A stretch of DNA of 64,000 nt from Candidatus Latescibacterota bacterium. GTDB lineage: Bacteria; Latescibacterota; UBA2968; UBA8231. The stretch is taken from the NCBI GenBank assembly GCA_965261395.1, contig OZ253462.1, forward strand, positions 4,832,001 through 4,896,000, given 5' to 3'. Position 1 is the first letter of the stretch, and each line of letters begins with the position of its first letter. Shown piece after piece: positions 30,289-42,229 of the stretch. Under the pieces are notes generated by a model. The model saw only the letters and a program-made list of their open reading frames with translations, was not told the origin of the DNA and did not search any database. A program made the translations under genes and the position numbers.

Positions 30289-31425
30289 CTAAGCCTTCCG
30301 AGCGCGGAGTTCAGTAGAGCTGATATCCATCCTAAAAGACACCGGCGCGAAAAGGTCCACATACTTTGTGGGTATATCTATATCCGCTAAGGTGCGGTAC
30401 GCATCTCCCTCCACCCGTCCGGCCACCCAAAAGCGACAGCCCCCAGCGGCAAATTCCGCCAGCGCCGCCGCCAAGCCCCGTTCCCCTTCATCATAATACT
30501 GGTCCTGCAAGAGCCGCACGGCCGTATCGTACCCCAGCGCGAAATGGCAACCGCCAAAAAGCCGGGCCTTCTGCAAAAAAGTCGGTGCCCGCGTCACCAC
30601 CACTGGGAAGCGACCACGCATCTGCACCAAGCGCTGCTCAACCTCACGCCTTTGCAGGGGCGGCTTATCGACATTTTCGATGGACAGTTCCAGACTCGGT
30701 CGCCGACCACTTAGCTGTCCCACCGCAGCCGCGAGCTTCTCGTGTCCCTCGTGCAGCGGGTTAAAGGCCCCGGACAAGAGCAGGCGCTGCCCGCGCTCGA
30801 CCTCCGGGTAGATCGCTCCATCGAGCCGCATTTCGACGACGTCCAACTCGCCCGCAAACAGCAAGCCCAGCGGATCGTCCAACGCCAACTCGCGCCGCGC
30901 AAGATGCGCGTAGTCCGGCAGCGATGCACCAGCGACCGGGCCGCTGCAGGTCTCCACTATGGCCTCCAAGGCCAAGCGGCTCAAGACCTCCTCTTGCTCC
31001 AAGCGGTCGGCTGCGCCCTTCGCAAAGCGCAGGGTGTACAGGCGATAGGTGCGCTCTAAGCGCAGCGCGATGCAGCCCCGGTCCGCGCCGCGCCGCGGCC
31101 TGCCCGTCGCCAAAGCCGCACTGCAGCCCACGCCGATGCAGCCCTGCCCCGGCTCAACAAAGGAAGCAGCCCGCACAAAGGCCCGACCCGCCATATCCCG
31201 CGCCGTTTGCTCGTTTGCCCCATGCGGCCCTACCGAGGCCAAATACGCCGCTAGCGCTCGCTCGCTGTAGGGTACTTGGGCTTCGATGATCGCGCGCGAA
31301 GCCCCAGGGTGATTCAAGAGCCAGCTAATGAGTTCGCTGCCCCCGCCAGTGGTCGCCAAGGCCAGCCGGGTGCCGCTGTTCAATACGGCTTCGACCTGCG
31401 TCCAGATGTCGCTGGAGACGCGCAA
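30289..31425 (-). CDS. CinA-C-like domain fused to cytidylyltransferase/NadD-like domain
   Basis: N-terminal TGGG...PGASR..IEA.VPY; C-terminal HxGH motif SGAFNPLHEGH, NVDKP, GYDTA.R and DISSTELR. Confidence 0.7.
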   Translation of the reverse strand: MRVSSDIWTQVEAVLNSGTRLALATTGGGSELISWLLNHPGASRAIIEAQVPYSERALAAYLASVGPHGANEQTARDMAGRAFVRAASFVEPGQGCIGVGCSAALATGRPRRGADRGCIALRLERTYRLYTLRFAKGAADRLEQEEVLSRLALEAIVETCSGPVAGASLPDYAHLARRELALDDPLGLLFAGELDVVEMRLDGAIYPEVERGQRLLLSGAFNPLHEGHEKLAAAVGQLSGRRPSLELSIENVDKPPLQRREVEQRLVQMRGRFPVVVTRAPTFLQKARLFGGCHFALGYDTAVRLLQDQYYDEGERGLAAALAEFAAGGCRFWVAGRVEGDAYRTLADIDIPTKYVDLFAPVSFRMDISSTELRARKA

Positions 31426-31431
31426 GCCGTT

Positions 31432-32847
31432 TCAACCCGCGAAGAAGTCGAAGGCACTGCGGAGGCCCCAGCCCGTGAGGAAGAGGCCGCTGACCAAGTT
31501 GAGCACCCGCAGCGGCCACCCCATGCGCAGCGCTACCGGCAGGAAGCGGTGATCGGTCCACACCATCAGCAGACACCACAGACCGCAGGTGAGGACCCCG
31601 CCGAAGATCGCCGCTGGTGTCACGATCGCCACCGGATTGCCGCCCAGCCACATAATGGCGATGCCGCCAACACCGCAGTAGGCCACCACCCACGGCCGCA
31701 GCCGGGCGACAGGCACTTCGCGCACCCGCCGGACAATGGGCCGGAGGCACTCGTAAGTGGTGCGCGTATAGAGCTCGTACGCGGCCATTATGGTGCCAAA
31801 AAACGCAGTGAACACGCCGAATTGGTACAGATAGACCAAGGCTGGATGCAGGAGCGTGAGGAAATCGGCCTGCACCGAGAGTAGCTGCATCCCCTCTGGC
31901 ACGATGTGCTGGGGGCGGAGTACGGCCGCGCCGAGCACCACAAAGGCCATGGTAAAAATCACCACGCAGGCAAAGGACACCCCGGAGTCCACCAGTGGAC
32001 CCCGCAGCCAAGCCCTGCCTCGGGCGACATTTTCATCGTCGGGCGCGATGGCTACGCCCTCCTCGGCGGCCTCCACTTTGCGGCCCAGCAGGCCCCAAGC
32101 CTTCTCCCGCAACATGCCGATGTAGCCGAAGTAGTCCTGCGTGCCACCGCCGATTGCACCTAAGTAGGTGCCCAACTCCACCCAGGCCGAGCGCGCCGCC
32201 ACCGCCGGATACTTGCTAATCAGCCAAGGATCATAAGCAGGCATGGTCGGCACGACCGAACCTATCAACACCGCCAGCCAATCCGGCTGCGCGGCCGCGG
32301 CAGCCGTCAAGACCGAGAGCAGCAGGACGCCGACGACCACAGTCTGAAATTTCTCCAGCGCCCCATAGCTCTGGACCATAGTAATGGCGATGGCCAAGGC
32401 GACAAAGGCCGTGCCCCACACGCGGGGATCGCCCCATATCGCCAGCCCCTCACAGCCCAAGATCCACACTGTCAGCCCGCCGAGCATCTTGGGCAAACCC
32501 GACAGCCACAGCGGGAAACAAAGCACGGTCAGCACCGCCATAACCCACACCACCCAGCCCTGCGGCCCAGGCAAGAACTTCCAGCGTTCGAGCGGGTGTT
32601 CCCCCGTCAGAGTCATGTAGCGCGCCGCCGTATAGACTTGGACGAACTTCATCAAGCCGCCGCCGATAAAGCACCACAGCAGTCCGTAGCCGAATACCGC
32701 TCCGCCCCGCGAGGCGAAGACCGTCTCGCCGCTGCCGATCGTCACCGAGGCGATGATGGCACCCGGGCCAAAGATCCGCAGCATAGCCCCCAAACCGCGC
32801 GCCTGCATGTCCTCGCTGAGCGCGGGATAACGCCGCACCTCACTCAT
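31432..32847 (-). CDS. Nramp-family (YcsG-like) transporter
   Basis: GPGAIIASVTIGSGE..ASRGGA.FGYGLLW; about 11 TM segments. Confidence 0.8.
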   Translation of the reverse strand: MSEVRRYPALSEDMQARGLGAMLRIFGPGAIIASVTIGSGETVFASRGGAVFGYGLLWCFIGGGLMKFVQVYTAARYMTLTGEHPLERWKFLPGPQGWVVWVMAVLTVLCFPLWLSGLPKMLGGLTVWILGCEGLAIWGDPRVWGTAFVALAIAITMVQSYGALEKFQTVVVGVLLLSVLTAAAAAQPDWLAVLIGSVVPTMPAYDPWLISKYPAVAARSAWVELGTYLGAIGGGTQDYFGYIGMLREKAWGLLGRKVEAAEEGVAIAPDDENVARGRAWLRGPLVDSGVSFACVVIFTMAFVVLGAAVLRPQHIVPEGMQLLSVQADFLTLLHPALVYLYQFGVFTAFFGTIMAAYELYTRTTYECLRPIVRRVREVPVARLRPWVVAYCGVGGIAIMWLGGNPVAIVTPAAIFGGVLTCGLWCLLMVWTDHRFLPVALRMGWPLRVLNLVSGLFLTGWGLRSAFDFFAG

Positions 32848-32950
32848 CGAAGCAACTCCTATTTTATTGGTGGATCGCCCATAATATCGCTCCGGCTACC
32901 GCTTGTCAAACACCCGGAACACAACCATATTTTTTGCGAGAGTTTATCTG

Positions 32951-33805
32951 ATGAATATCGCTAAAGCCATCGTGCCGGTAGCCGGCCTAGGCACCCGACT
33001 CCTGCCCACCACCAAATCCTTGCCCAAGGAAATGCTGCCGGTGGGCCGCCTACCGGTCGTCCACCACGTCGTCGAAGAGCTAGCAGCCGCGGGTATCCGC
33101 CAAATCCTCTTCATCACCGGGCGTGACAAGAGCGCGCTTGAGGATCACTTCGACGACAGCAGTGCGGCCTGTCACTTGGGCTACCGGGAGCGCGGCATCG
33201 AGTTTTTCTCCGTGCGCCAACCCCGGCCGCCCGGCACCGGTACTGCGGTCGCCGCCGGGGAGGCCTTTGCTGCCGGCGAGCCTTTTGTCGTAGCCTTCGG
33301 CGACAGCATCGTGCGCACATGCAGCGACCGCCCCCTGTTGCAGCGAATGATTGACTCGCACCTGCGCCATCGCGCCGCCGGCACCATCGGCGCGTACGAG
33401 GTGCCAGACGAGCAGATGCACCACTACGGCATCTTGGTGCCCGAAGTGCCCACAGCCGCAGATTCCAAGCTGACCGCCATCCTCGAAAAACCAACGCCCG
33501 CGCAAACCCCCAGCCGCTTGGCCGTTAGTGCGCGCTACGTGTTTTCTTCGGCCATTTTTGCCCACATCCACGCCACTCCGCCCTCTCCGAGCGGTGAGGT
33601 ATATCTCACCGACGCGATTGCCGCCCTAATCGCCGCCGGTGCCCCGGTGCGCGCCGTGCGCTTAGGTGCCGACGAAAAGCGCTGCGACATTGGCAACCAT
33701 CTATCCTATTTTGCGGCCTTTATCGACTACGCGCTCGACGACCCGGAATGGGGCGCGCAAATCCGCGCCTATATGCGAGACAAACTAGCGGGCGACTCAT
33801 CTTGA
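32951..33805 (+). CDS. galU: UTP-glucose-1-phosphate uridylyltransferase
   Basis: KAIVPVAGLGTRLLPTTK..PKEMLP, VRQ, EKP, GEVYLTDAI, DIG. Confidence 0.85.
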   Translation: MNIAKAIVPVAGLGTRLLPTTKSLPKEMLPVGRLPVVHHVVEELAAAGIRQILFITGRDKSALEDHFDDSSAACHLGYRERGIEFFSVRQPRPPGTGTAVAAGEAFAAGEPFVVAFGDSIVRTCSDRPLLQRMIDSHLRHRAAGTIGAYEVPDEQMHHYGILVPEVPTAADSKLTAILEKPTPAQTPSRLAVSARYVFSSAIFAHIHATPPSPSGEVYLTDAIAALIAAGAPVRAVRLGADEKRCDIGNHLSYFAAFIDYALDDPEWGAQIRAYMRDKLAGDSS

Positions 33806-33829
33806 CAGTTTCTTGCAAATCCCTAATGT
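33802..33829 (+). promoter_or_regulatory. Putative sigma70 promoter for the reductase gene
   Basis: TTGACA (overlapping the galU stop)-16 nt-TAATGT. Confidence 0.4.
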
Positions 33830-33874
33830 TATAAAGTCAATTTGGACGACAATCACATAGAGGCGGTTTTAGGT

Positions 33875-36112
<2,238 letters not shown>

Positions 36113-36117
36113 GTCCC

Positions 36118-36696
36118 ATGGAAACCCTACAGCGCATCAACGTCAAATTCTATCTCGAAGATCCCAAGTCCCTATCGGCCCAAGAGGCCTTTCGCGTATT
36201 CAATAGTTGGATTCCGACGACCCCAGACGAAGTCCTCATCGACGTGGCCGACTACAGTCATCTAGATGAGGGACCGCTGACCCTGCTCGTCGGCCACGAA
36301 GCCAACTACAGCCTCGATAACCACAGCGCCGAGCTGGGCTTGCTCTACTCGCGCAGTCAGCCCGCCGACGGCGACCTGACTGAGCGGCTGGCCAGCGCAT
36401 TCAAAGCTGCGCTCACCGCCTGCCGACGCCTCGAAGACGAGCCCAGCCTAGCGGGTAAAGTCAAATTTCGTCGCGGCGATGTGCTCCTAGTAGCCAACGA
36501 TCGCCTCAACGCAACCAACGACGACGCGGGCGAAAACGCCCTGCGGGCCGCCCTCGGGCCGGTACTCGCGCAACTCTTCGCCGGCACCGAATACGCAGTG
36601 GAACGCGACCCAGCCCCTCAACTGCGCCTCAACCTGAGAATACGCTGCCAAACCGACGGCGACACGGCGACCCTGCTGGGCAATCTCACCGCTTGA
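36118..36696 (+). CDS. Conserved hypothetical protein
   Basis: ORF METLQRINVKF...LIDVADYSH...GP..LLVGHEANY, starting 5 nt after the reductase stop. Confidence 0.7.
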   Translation: METLQRINVKFYLEDPKSLSAQEAFRVFNSWIPTTPDEVLIDVADYSHLDEGPLTLLVGHEANYSLDNHSAELGLLYSRSQPADGDLTERLASAFKAALTACRRLEDEPSLAGKVKFRRGDVLLVANDRLNATNDDAGENALRAALGPVLAQLFAGTEYAVERDPAPQLRLNLRIRCQTDGDTATLLGNLTA

Positions 36697-36779
36697 CAGA
36701 GGCAAAGAGGCCCGTATTTTTGCGATAGTTCCCAGCTCAAAGAAACAATGAAGCAATAGCATCTTATTGGGAGGAACCC

Positions 36780-37094
36780 ATGGCTTACTACATCACCGAA
36801 ACCTGCATCGACGTCAAAGACAAGGCCTGCGTTGAGGTTTGCCCCGTGGACTGCATCCATCCGATCGACGGCGACGGCGAACCCATGCTCTACATCGACC
36901 CGGACGAGTGCATCGATTGCGGTGCCTGCGAGCCGGAGTGCCCGGTCGAGGCGATCTTCGCCGAAGAGGACATGCCCGAGGACCAAGACCGCTTCGTCGA
37001 GATCAACACCAAGTACTTTGAGCTGCGCGATGACACCGAAGAATGGGACCAGTGGAAGCAGGGACACGCGGCCGAATTCGAAAAGACCAGCTAG
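36780..37094 (+). CDS. fdxA: 7Fe-type ferredoxin ([3Fe-4S]+[4Fe-4S])
   Basis: CIDVKDKACVEVCPVDCI and CIDCGACEPECP; GGGAGG RBS; TTGACA-16-TATTTT upstream. Confidence 0.9.
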   Translation: MAYYITETCIDVKDKACVEVCPVDCIHPIDGDGEPMLYIDPDECIDCGACEPECPVEAIFAEEDMPEDQDRFVEINTKYFELRDDTEEWDQWKQGHAAEFEKTS

Positions 37095-37112
37095 GACGCC
37101 CGCTCTTCGCGC

Positions 37113-37150
37113 AAAAAAGCCGGGACGCCCCACGGGTTTCCCGGCTTTTT
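37113..37150 (+). terminator. Bidirectional intrinsic terminator
   Basis: AAAAAGCCGGGA...TCCCGGCTTTTT. Confidence 0.8.
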
Positions 37151-37219
37151 CGCGCTTGACGATATCGGACCCACCTCGCTTATTTTTTTGCCTAACGAGC
37201 ATTGCCGGAGATAGCATAC

Positions 37220-38230
37220 ATGGCGAAGACAACTGCCCGCAAAAAACCCAAAGCAAAGAAAACCAAGCTCCGGGCCACGCCCGACAAACTGTGGTTTATG
37301 TACCGCAAGATGTCGGAGATCCGCCTCTTTGAAGAGCACGTCTGGGATGTCTATACCCGCGGACTGATGCCCGGCCTAGCCCACCTCTACATTGGCGAGG
37401 AAGGCGTGGCCGTAGGCACTTGCGCGGTCCTCCGCGACGACGACTATATCACCAGCACGCACCGCGGCCACGGACACTGTCTGGCCAAGGGAGGCCAACT
37501 CGACCGCATGATGGCCGAAATCATGGGCAAGGAAGCCGGCTATTGCCGCGGCAAGGGCGGCTCCATGCACATCGCCGATATGTCGGTGGGCATCCTCGGG
37601 GCCAATGGCATTGTCGGTGGCGGCTTTGGCATCTGCACCGGTGCCGGCCTCTCGGCCAAGCTGCGCGGCACCGATCAAGTGGGCGTCTGCTTCTTCGGCG
37701 ACGGCGCTGCCAACCAAGGCATCATGCTCGAAACCATCAACATGGCCGTGATCTGGAACCTGCCGGTCATCTACATTTGCGAGAACAACCAGTACGGCGA
37801 GCACACCCCCTACGAGAGCGTCACCGGCGTCACTGACATCGCCGACCGCGCCAAGGGGCTTGGCCTCGAAGGGATCATCGCCGACGGTGCCGATGTGCTG
37901 GACATGTGCGAAAAAGTAACCGCCGCGGTGACCAAGGCGCGCAAGGGCCACGGCCCTAGCCTGATCGAAGCTAAAACCTACCGCTACCACGGGCACCACG
38001 TCGGCGACGCCCAGACCTACCGCACCCGCGATGAGGTCGGCTGGTGGTCTGAGAACAAGGACCCCATTCGCCTCTTGGGCCAGTATATGGTCGCCAACCG
38101 GGTCGCCAAACAGGCCGAGCTCGACACCCTGTACGAGCAAGTGGAGCGCGAGGTACTAGACGCCATCGAATTCGGCAAAGAAGCCGCCTTCCCTCCGCCA
38201 GAACAAGCTTTTGAGGATATATATGCCTGA
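37220..38230 (+). CDS. TPP-dependent dehydrogenase E1 alpha subunit (acetoin/pyruvate DH family)
   Basis: HLYIGEE, STHRGHGH, GKGGSMH, GDGAANQG...N, CENNQYG, TYRYHGHH. Confidence 0.92.
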   Translation: MAKTTARKKPKAKKTKLRATPDKLWFMYRKMSEIRLFEEHVWDVYTRGLMPGLAHLYIGEEGVAVGTCAVLRDDDYITSTHRGHGHCLAKGGQLDRMMAEIMGKEAGYCRGKGGSMHIADMSVGILGANGIVGGGFGICTGAGLSAKLRGTDQVGVCFFGDGAANQGIMLETINMAVIWNLPVIYICENNQYGEHTPYESVTGVTDIADRAKGLGLEGIIADGADVLDMCEKVTAAVTKARKGHGPSLIEAKTYRYHGHHVGDAQTYRTRDEVGWWSENKDPIRLLGQYMVANRVAKQAELDTLYEQVEREVLDAIEFGKEAAFPPPEQAFEDIYA

Positions 38231-39206
38231 TCGGGACATGCTGTTTAGAGAGGCGCTCGGCCTAGCCACGGCCGAGGAAATGCGCCGCGACGAGACCATC
38301 TTTGTCATGGGCGAAGACGTGGGGGCCTCTGGCGGCATCTTCAAATGCTGCGAGGGCCTCTTTGAGGAATTCGGCGCTGAGCGCGTCATCGACACCCCCA
38401 TTGCCGAGGCGGGCTATATCGGTCTCGGCGTCGGTGCCGCCATGACCGGTATGCGTCCGCTGTGCGAACTGATGTTCGGCGACTTTTCGCTGTTGACCAT
38501 GGACCAGATCGTCAATCAGGCCGCCAAGATCCGCTACATGTCGGGCGGTCAGTGTAAGGTGCCGCTGACAATCCGGCTGTCGATGGGGGCCGGACGGTCT
38601 TCCGCCGCGCAGCACTCGCAGAGCCTGCATGCGATCTTCGCCCACATCCCCGGCCTCAAAGTCGCCGTCCCTGCGACCCCACGCGACGCCAAGGGGCTGC
38701 TCAAGACCGCGATCCGCGACGACAACCCCGTGCTGTTCTTTGAAGACAAGATGATGTACAACGACTCCGGCCCCGTGCCCGAAGAAGACGACTTTCTCAT
38801 TCCCTTTGGCGAGGCCGAGATCAAACGCGCCGGTACCGACCTGACTCTCGTCGCCACCTCCAGCATGGTCGGCCTCGCCTTGGCCGCCGCGGAGGAGCTT
38901 GCCGCCCAAGGCCTAGAAGCCGAGGTCATCGATCCGCGCACCCTAGTGCCTCTGGACAAGGAGACTCTGCTCGCCTCGGTGCGCAAAACCGGCTATGCTG
39001 TCGTGATTGATGAAGGCGTCGAGCGCTACGGCACCACGGCTGAACTCGCTTCCATCCTCAACGCCGAGGCATTCGACTGGCTCGACGCACCCGTCTTGCG
39101 CATCGGCGCAGCCGACGTGCCCATCCCCTTCAGTCCCACCCTCGAGATACCGACCATTCCCAGCCAAGAGCGCATCGTCGAAACCGTCCTCTCCCAGCGA
39201 GGTTAG
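38223..39206 (+). CDS. TPP-dependent dehydrogenase E1 beta subunit
   Basis: MGEDVG..GG.F, RVIDTPIAE, DQIVNQAAK, AQHSQS, IDPRTLVPLD. Confidence 0.92.
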   Translation: MPDRDMLFREALGLATAEEMRRDETIFVMGEDVGASGGIFKCCEGLFEEFGAERVIDTPIAEAGYIGLGVGAAMTGMRPLCELMFGDFSLLTMDQIVNQAAKIRYMSGGQCKVPLTIRLSMGAGRSSAAQHSQSLHAIFAHIPGLKVAVPATPRDAKGLLKTAIRDDNPVLFFEDKMMYNDSGPVPEEDDFLIPFGEAEIKRAGTDLTLVATSSMVGLALAAAEELAAQGLEAEVIDPRTLVPLDKETLLASVRKTGYAVVIDEGVERYGTTAELASILNAEAFDWLDAPVLRIGAADVPIPFSPTLEIPTIPSQERIVETVLSQRG

Positions 39207-39210
39207 GCTT

Positions 39211-40119
39211 TTGTCGCGCCCGATTTGCTTAGTCACGGGCTCTTCGAGCGGGATTGGCGCGGCCATCATCCGCCAATACGCCGCCCAAGGCTACGACGTG
39301 GTGGTCCACTACAACTCCGGCGAGGAGCGCGCCGCCCAGATCGCCGCGGCCATTCGCGCCGAGCACGCAGTCGAAGCCCTAGTCCTCGGTGCCGATCTCT
39401 CGCAGCCAGAGGCCCCTTTCGAACTAGTGGACCGCACCTTCGCGCATTTCGGTCGCCTCGACGTGGCAATCAGCAACAGCGGCGTGCCCAACTACGTCGC
39501 CGACGAACAGGGCCAACTCGTCCGCTACCACTTTAGCGAAACTCCGGTCGAACACCTCGACAAAGAGATGGACCGCGTCCTCAGCCTCAACCTCATGGGG
39601 GCCTACCGGCTGGCCCAACGCGCCCTCAAGCACATGGTGGAACAAGCCGCGCAAGAAGCGGATCCCCTCCACCGCAGCATCCTCTTGATTACTTCCATCT
39701 CGGATATTGCCCCCGAGAGCACCCGCATTCCCTACGGCGTCAGCAAAGCCGGCCTCAACCACGTGGTCGCAGGCGCAGCTTTCGACGGCGGTCCGCACAA
39801 CATCACGGTCAACGCCCTGCGCCCCGGCGTCGTCGATACGCCGATGACGAGCCGCCCCTCGGGCGTGGAAGATCCGCAATCGGGCCGCGAATTCACCGTG
39901 GCCGAGATCTACGGTCTAATGGCCGAAGGGGGTTCCCAACCTATTCGCCGCATCGGACGCCCCGAGGACATTGCCTTCGCCGCCTACGCCTTCACTCAGA
40001 TCCCCTACATGACCGGCCAGCTCATCGCCGTTGACGGCGGCTTTACCCTGCCCGGCAACTTTCCCAACCGCGAGGTCTTTCTCCAAGAGGGCTTGCGGAA
40101 GCGGCAATCTAGTTCCTGA
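39211..40119 (+). CDS. SDR family oxidoreductase
   Basis: TGSSSGIG, YGVSK (YxxxK), PGVVDTPM, TGQLIAVDGG. TTG start inferred. Confidence 0.88.
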   Translation: MSRPICLVTGSSSGIGAAIIRQYAAQGYDVVVHYNSGEERAAQIAAAIRAEHAVEALVLGADLSQPEAPFELVDRTFAHFGRLDVAISNSGVPNYVADEQGQLVRYHFSETPVEHLDKEMDRVLSLNLMGAYRLAQRALKHMVEQAAQEADPLHRSILLITSISDIAPESTRIPYGVSKAGLNHVVAGAAFDGGPHNITVNALRPGVVDTPMTSRPSGVEDPQSGREFTVAEIYGLMAEGGSQPIRRIGRPEDIAFAAYAFTQIPYMTGQLIAVDGGFTLPGNFPNREVFLQEGLRKRQSSS

Positions 40120-40179
40120 CACAGACAACGGGCTGTCTGCGCCGTCTTGCGGCAAGGATCCTCTTCGGCCTCAAGTTCC

Positions 40180-40389
40180 ATGGAAGAATTGTTCCACGTC
40201 AGTGCCCGGCCCGGCATAACCCGCTTTGAGCCGCGTCCCCCACCTCCGGGCAATACCACCCATACCGGCCGCATGGTCTGGGCCGTGGGCCAGCGCCTGC
40301 TGCACAATTATTTAGTACCGCGCGACTGTCCCCGGGTCACCTTCTACACTGGTCCTAAGACTAGTGCCGAGGACGCCGAGCGCTTTTGA
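40180..40389 (+). pseudogene. Truncated DUF6886-like gene
   Basis: LFHVS..PGI.RFEPRP...VWAV...L.NYL.PRDCPRV matches my recollection of the DUF6886 N-terminus; it stops abruptly at the island junction. Confidence 0.55.
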
Positions 40390-40480
40390 GGAGTAGGAGC
40401 AAGCGCAGCATGGGAACCTCCGTGAAAGAACATGGGTTGGCAAAGATCTATCCGTGAAGAATTCGTTCAACGGGTGGGGG

Positions 40481-42160
40481 TCAATCGTCCACATAGACCG
40501 GCGCGGGCAGGCCCTCCAGTGAGCAGAAGGGCACTGCGTCGGCGACGGGTTTGGCCGCCCCGAGGAGCGGTAGCTCGTAGGGATCAGCCGCGGAAAAATC
40601 AACCGTGTAGCCCAGATCGCTCAGCGCTCCAAGTGTTATGGCTGAAAGGGCATTAGTACTACCTCCTCGAGACATAAGCTCGCCGTATAGAACGCCAAAA
40701 TGCCAATGGGCTCCATTTTGTTCTGTTGGAACTTTTGCACCTTGATAATTGGTGCCCCCGGCTTGATCAAACGCCGCAATCGCTTGCGGCCCAGCAAAAT
40801 GAGCATCAGCACCATGTAGATCGCGAAGCATGCCGCTATCTTTCCAGCCATTACCACCGACACTGTTATATTGGTCCCCTTCCGTATAATTCCAGGTAGT
40901 ACCGATTCCCAAACTATGACCTATTTCATGGAGTGCTGTATTCCATAGGTCATCGGGGCGATTTGAAAGTTCTCGTTCGTTAAGCTGAACACAACTCATA
41001 ATCGGCAAGGCGCTTGAACGCGCTAGCATGATAGACATCTGGCCCTGTGGTGCGCTTTCCTCGAAGGAGTATTTCGCCACATAAATTCGTAGGTCATCTA
41101 TGCGGTCGCCAGCAGGTATGGTAAAGAAATTGCCCATGCCATTGGTTATGCCACATCCTTCGCGATCTGGCTTAGAAAACGTGTAATCTGGAATGTCTGC
41201 TTGGATCGCCGCTTCCCAACGATCCGCAGCACGGCGCAATATATCCTGTTCCTGCCTTGTGAAATAACCAATAAAGACTAACTCAATATCGAAGGGACTT
41301 TCCGGAAACATACGCTCATAAGGCGAAAGACCTACCTCGACACCACGGCGTCTAAGCGCGGGGACATGTTCATTGATAGAGGCTTCACTTAAGAAATTGG
41401 CCCGAACATCTAGTTGTCGTAGCCTATCTAAGTGGACCAACGGCGTCACATCCGAAATCGCATTGTGAGAAAGACCTAAGGTTTGCAGATTGACTAAGGA
41501 AGCCAACGGCGTCACATCCGAAATCGCATTGTGAGAAAGACCTAAGGTTTGCAGATTGACTAAGGAAGCCAACGGCGGCACATCCGAAATCGCATTGTGA
41601 GAAAGATCTAAGGTTTGCAGATTGACTAAGGAAGCCAACGGCGGCACATCCGAAATCGCATTGCCTCTAAGATATAGATAGCGCAGATGGGGTAAGCTGG
41701 CCAACGGGGTCAGATCCGAAATCTCATTGCCAGCCATCGCTACGTTTTGCAGATTCGTCGCCGCTTCTAAGCCGATCAGGCTCTTAATCCCTAAGCCGTG
41801 TCCAAGCAGAAGGGACTCTATCGTATTCATCTCCGCCTGCGTGATCGTCGCCCCGCGACGCTTCTTGAGCACCTTCTCGATGTATCTGCGCAGCGCCGCA
41901 TCCGGGATCACCACCGCAGCCGTCGGCGAGGAAACCGAACCCGACGACGAGGTGTCCGGCGACGAAGATGAAGAACTGTCCGGCGACGACGAGGCGGTAC
42001 TGTCAGACGCCGTATCCCCGTCCGACTCTTGGAGGGAGTCGAACAAGTCGAACAAGTCGGCAAAGTCGCTGGTTCGTTTGCCCGCTGGCGCGGTCGGTGG
42101 CGGCTCTTTCGAGCAAGACAGACCAACCAATAGGGCGAGGAAGAGAATCAAACGCAGCAT
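40481..42160 (-). CDS. Lipoprotein: internalin-like LRRs plus zinc metalloprotease (leishmanolysin/M8-like)
   Basis: Lipobox GLS-C, Ser/Asp linker, IPDAALR cap, 22-aa LRRs, then HEIGHSLG, AHW and ELM motifs. Confidence 0.85.
   Translation of the reverse strand: MLRLILFLALLVGLSCSKEPPPTAPAGKRTSDFADLFDLFDSLQESDGDTASDSTASSSPDSSSSSSPDTSSSGSVSSPTAAVVIPDAALRRYIEKVLKKRRGATITQAEMNTIESLLLGHGLGIKSLIGLEAATNLQNVAMAGNEISDLTPLASLPHLRYLYLRGNAISDVPPLASLVNLQTLDLSHNAISDVPPLASLVNLQTLGLSHNAISDVTPLASLVNLQTLGLSHNAISDVTPLVHLDRLRQLDVRANFLSEASINEHVPALRRRGVEVGLSPYERMFPESPFDIELVFIGYFTRQEQDILRRAADRWEAAIQADIPDYTFSKPDREGCGITNGMGNFFTIPAGDRIDDLRIYVAKYSFEESAPQGQMSIMLARSSALPIMSCVQLNERELSNRPDDLWNTALHEIGHSLGIGTTWNYTEGDQYNSVGGNGWKDSGMLRDLHGADAHFAGPQAIAAFDQAGGTNYQGAKVPTEQNGAHWHFGVLYGELMSRGGSTNALSAITLGALSDLGYTVDFSAADPYELPLLGAAKPVADAVPFCSLEGLPAPVYVDD
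41437..41662 (-). repeat. Near-identical 66-bp tandem LRR repeats
   Basis: ASLVNLQTL(D/G)LSHNAISDV(P/T)PL x3, almost identical at DNA level. Confidence 0.85.
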
Positions 42161-42229
42161 GGGAAACCTCCGTTGCAAATAAAAAATCTCCGTTGCAAAT
42201 TCAACGCGTAGTTCGTGCGTATCCTACGG

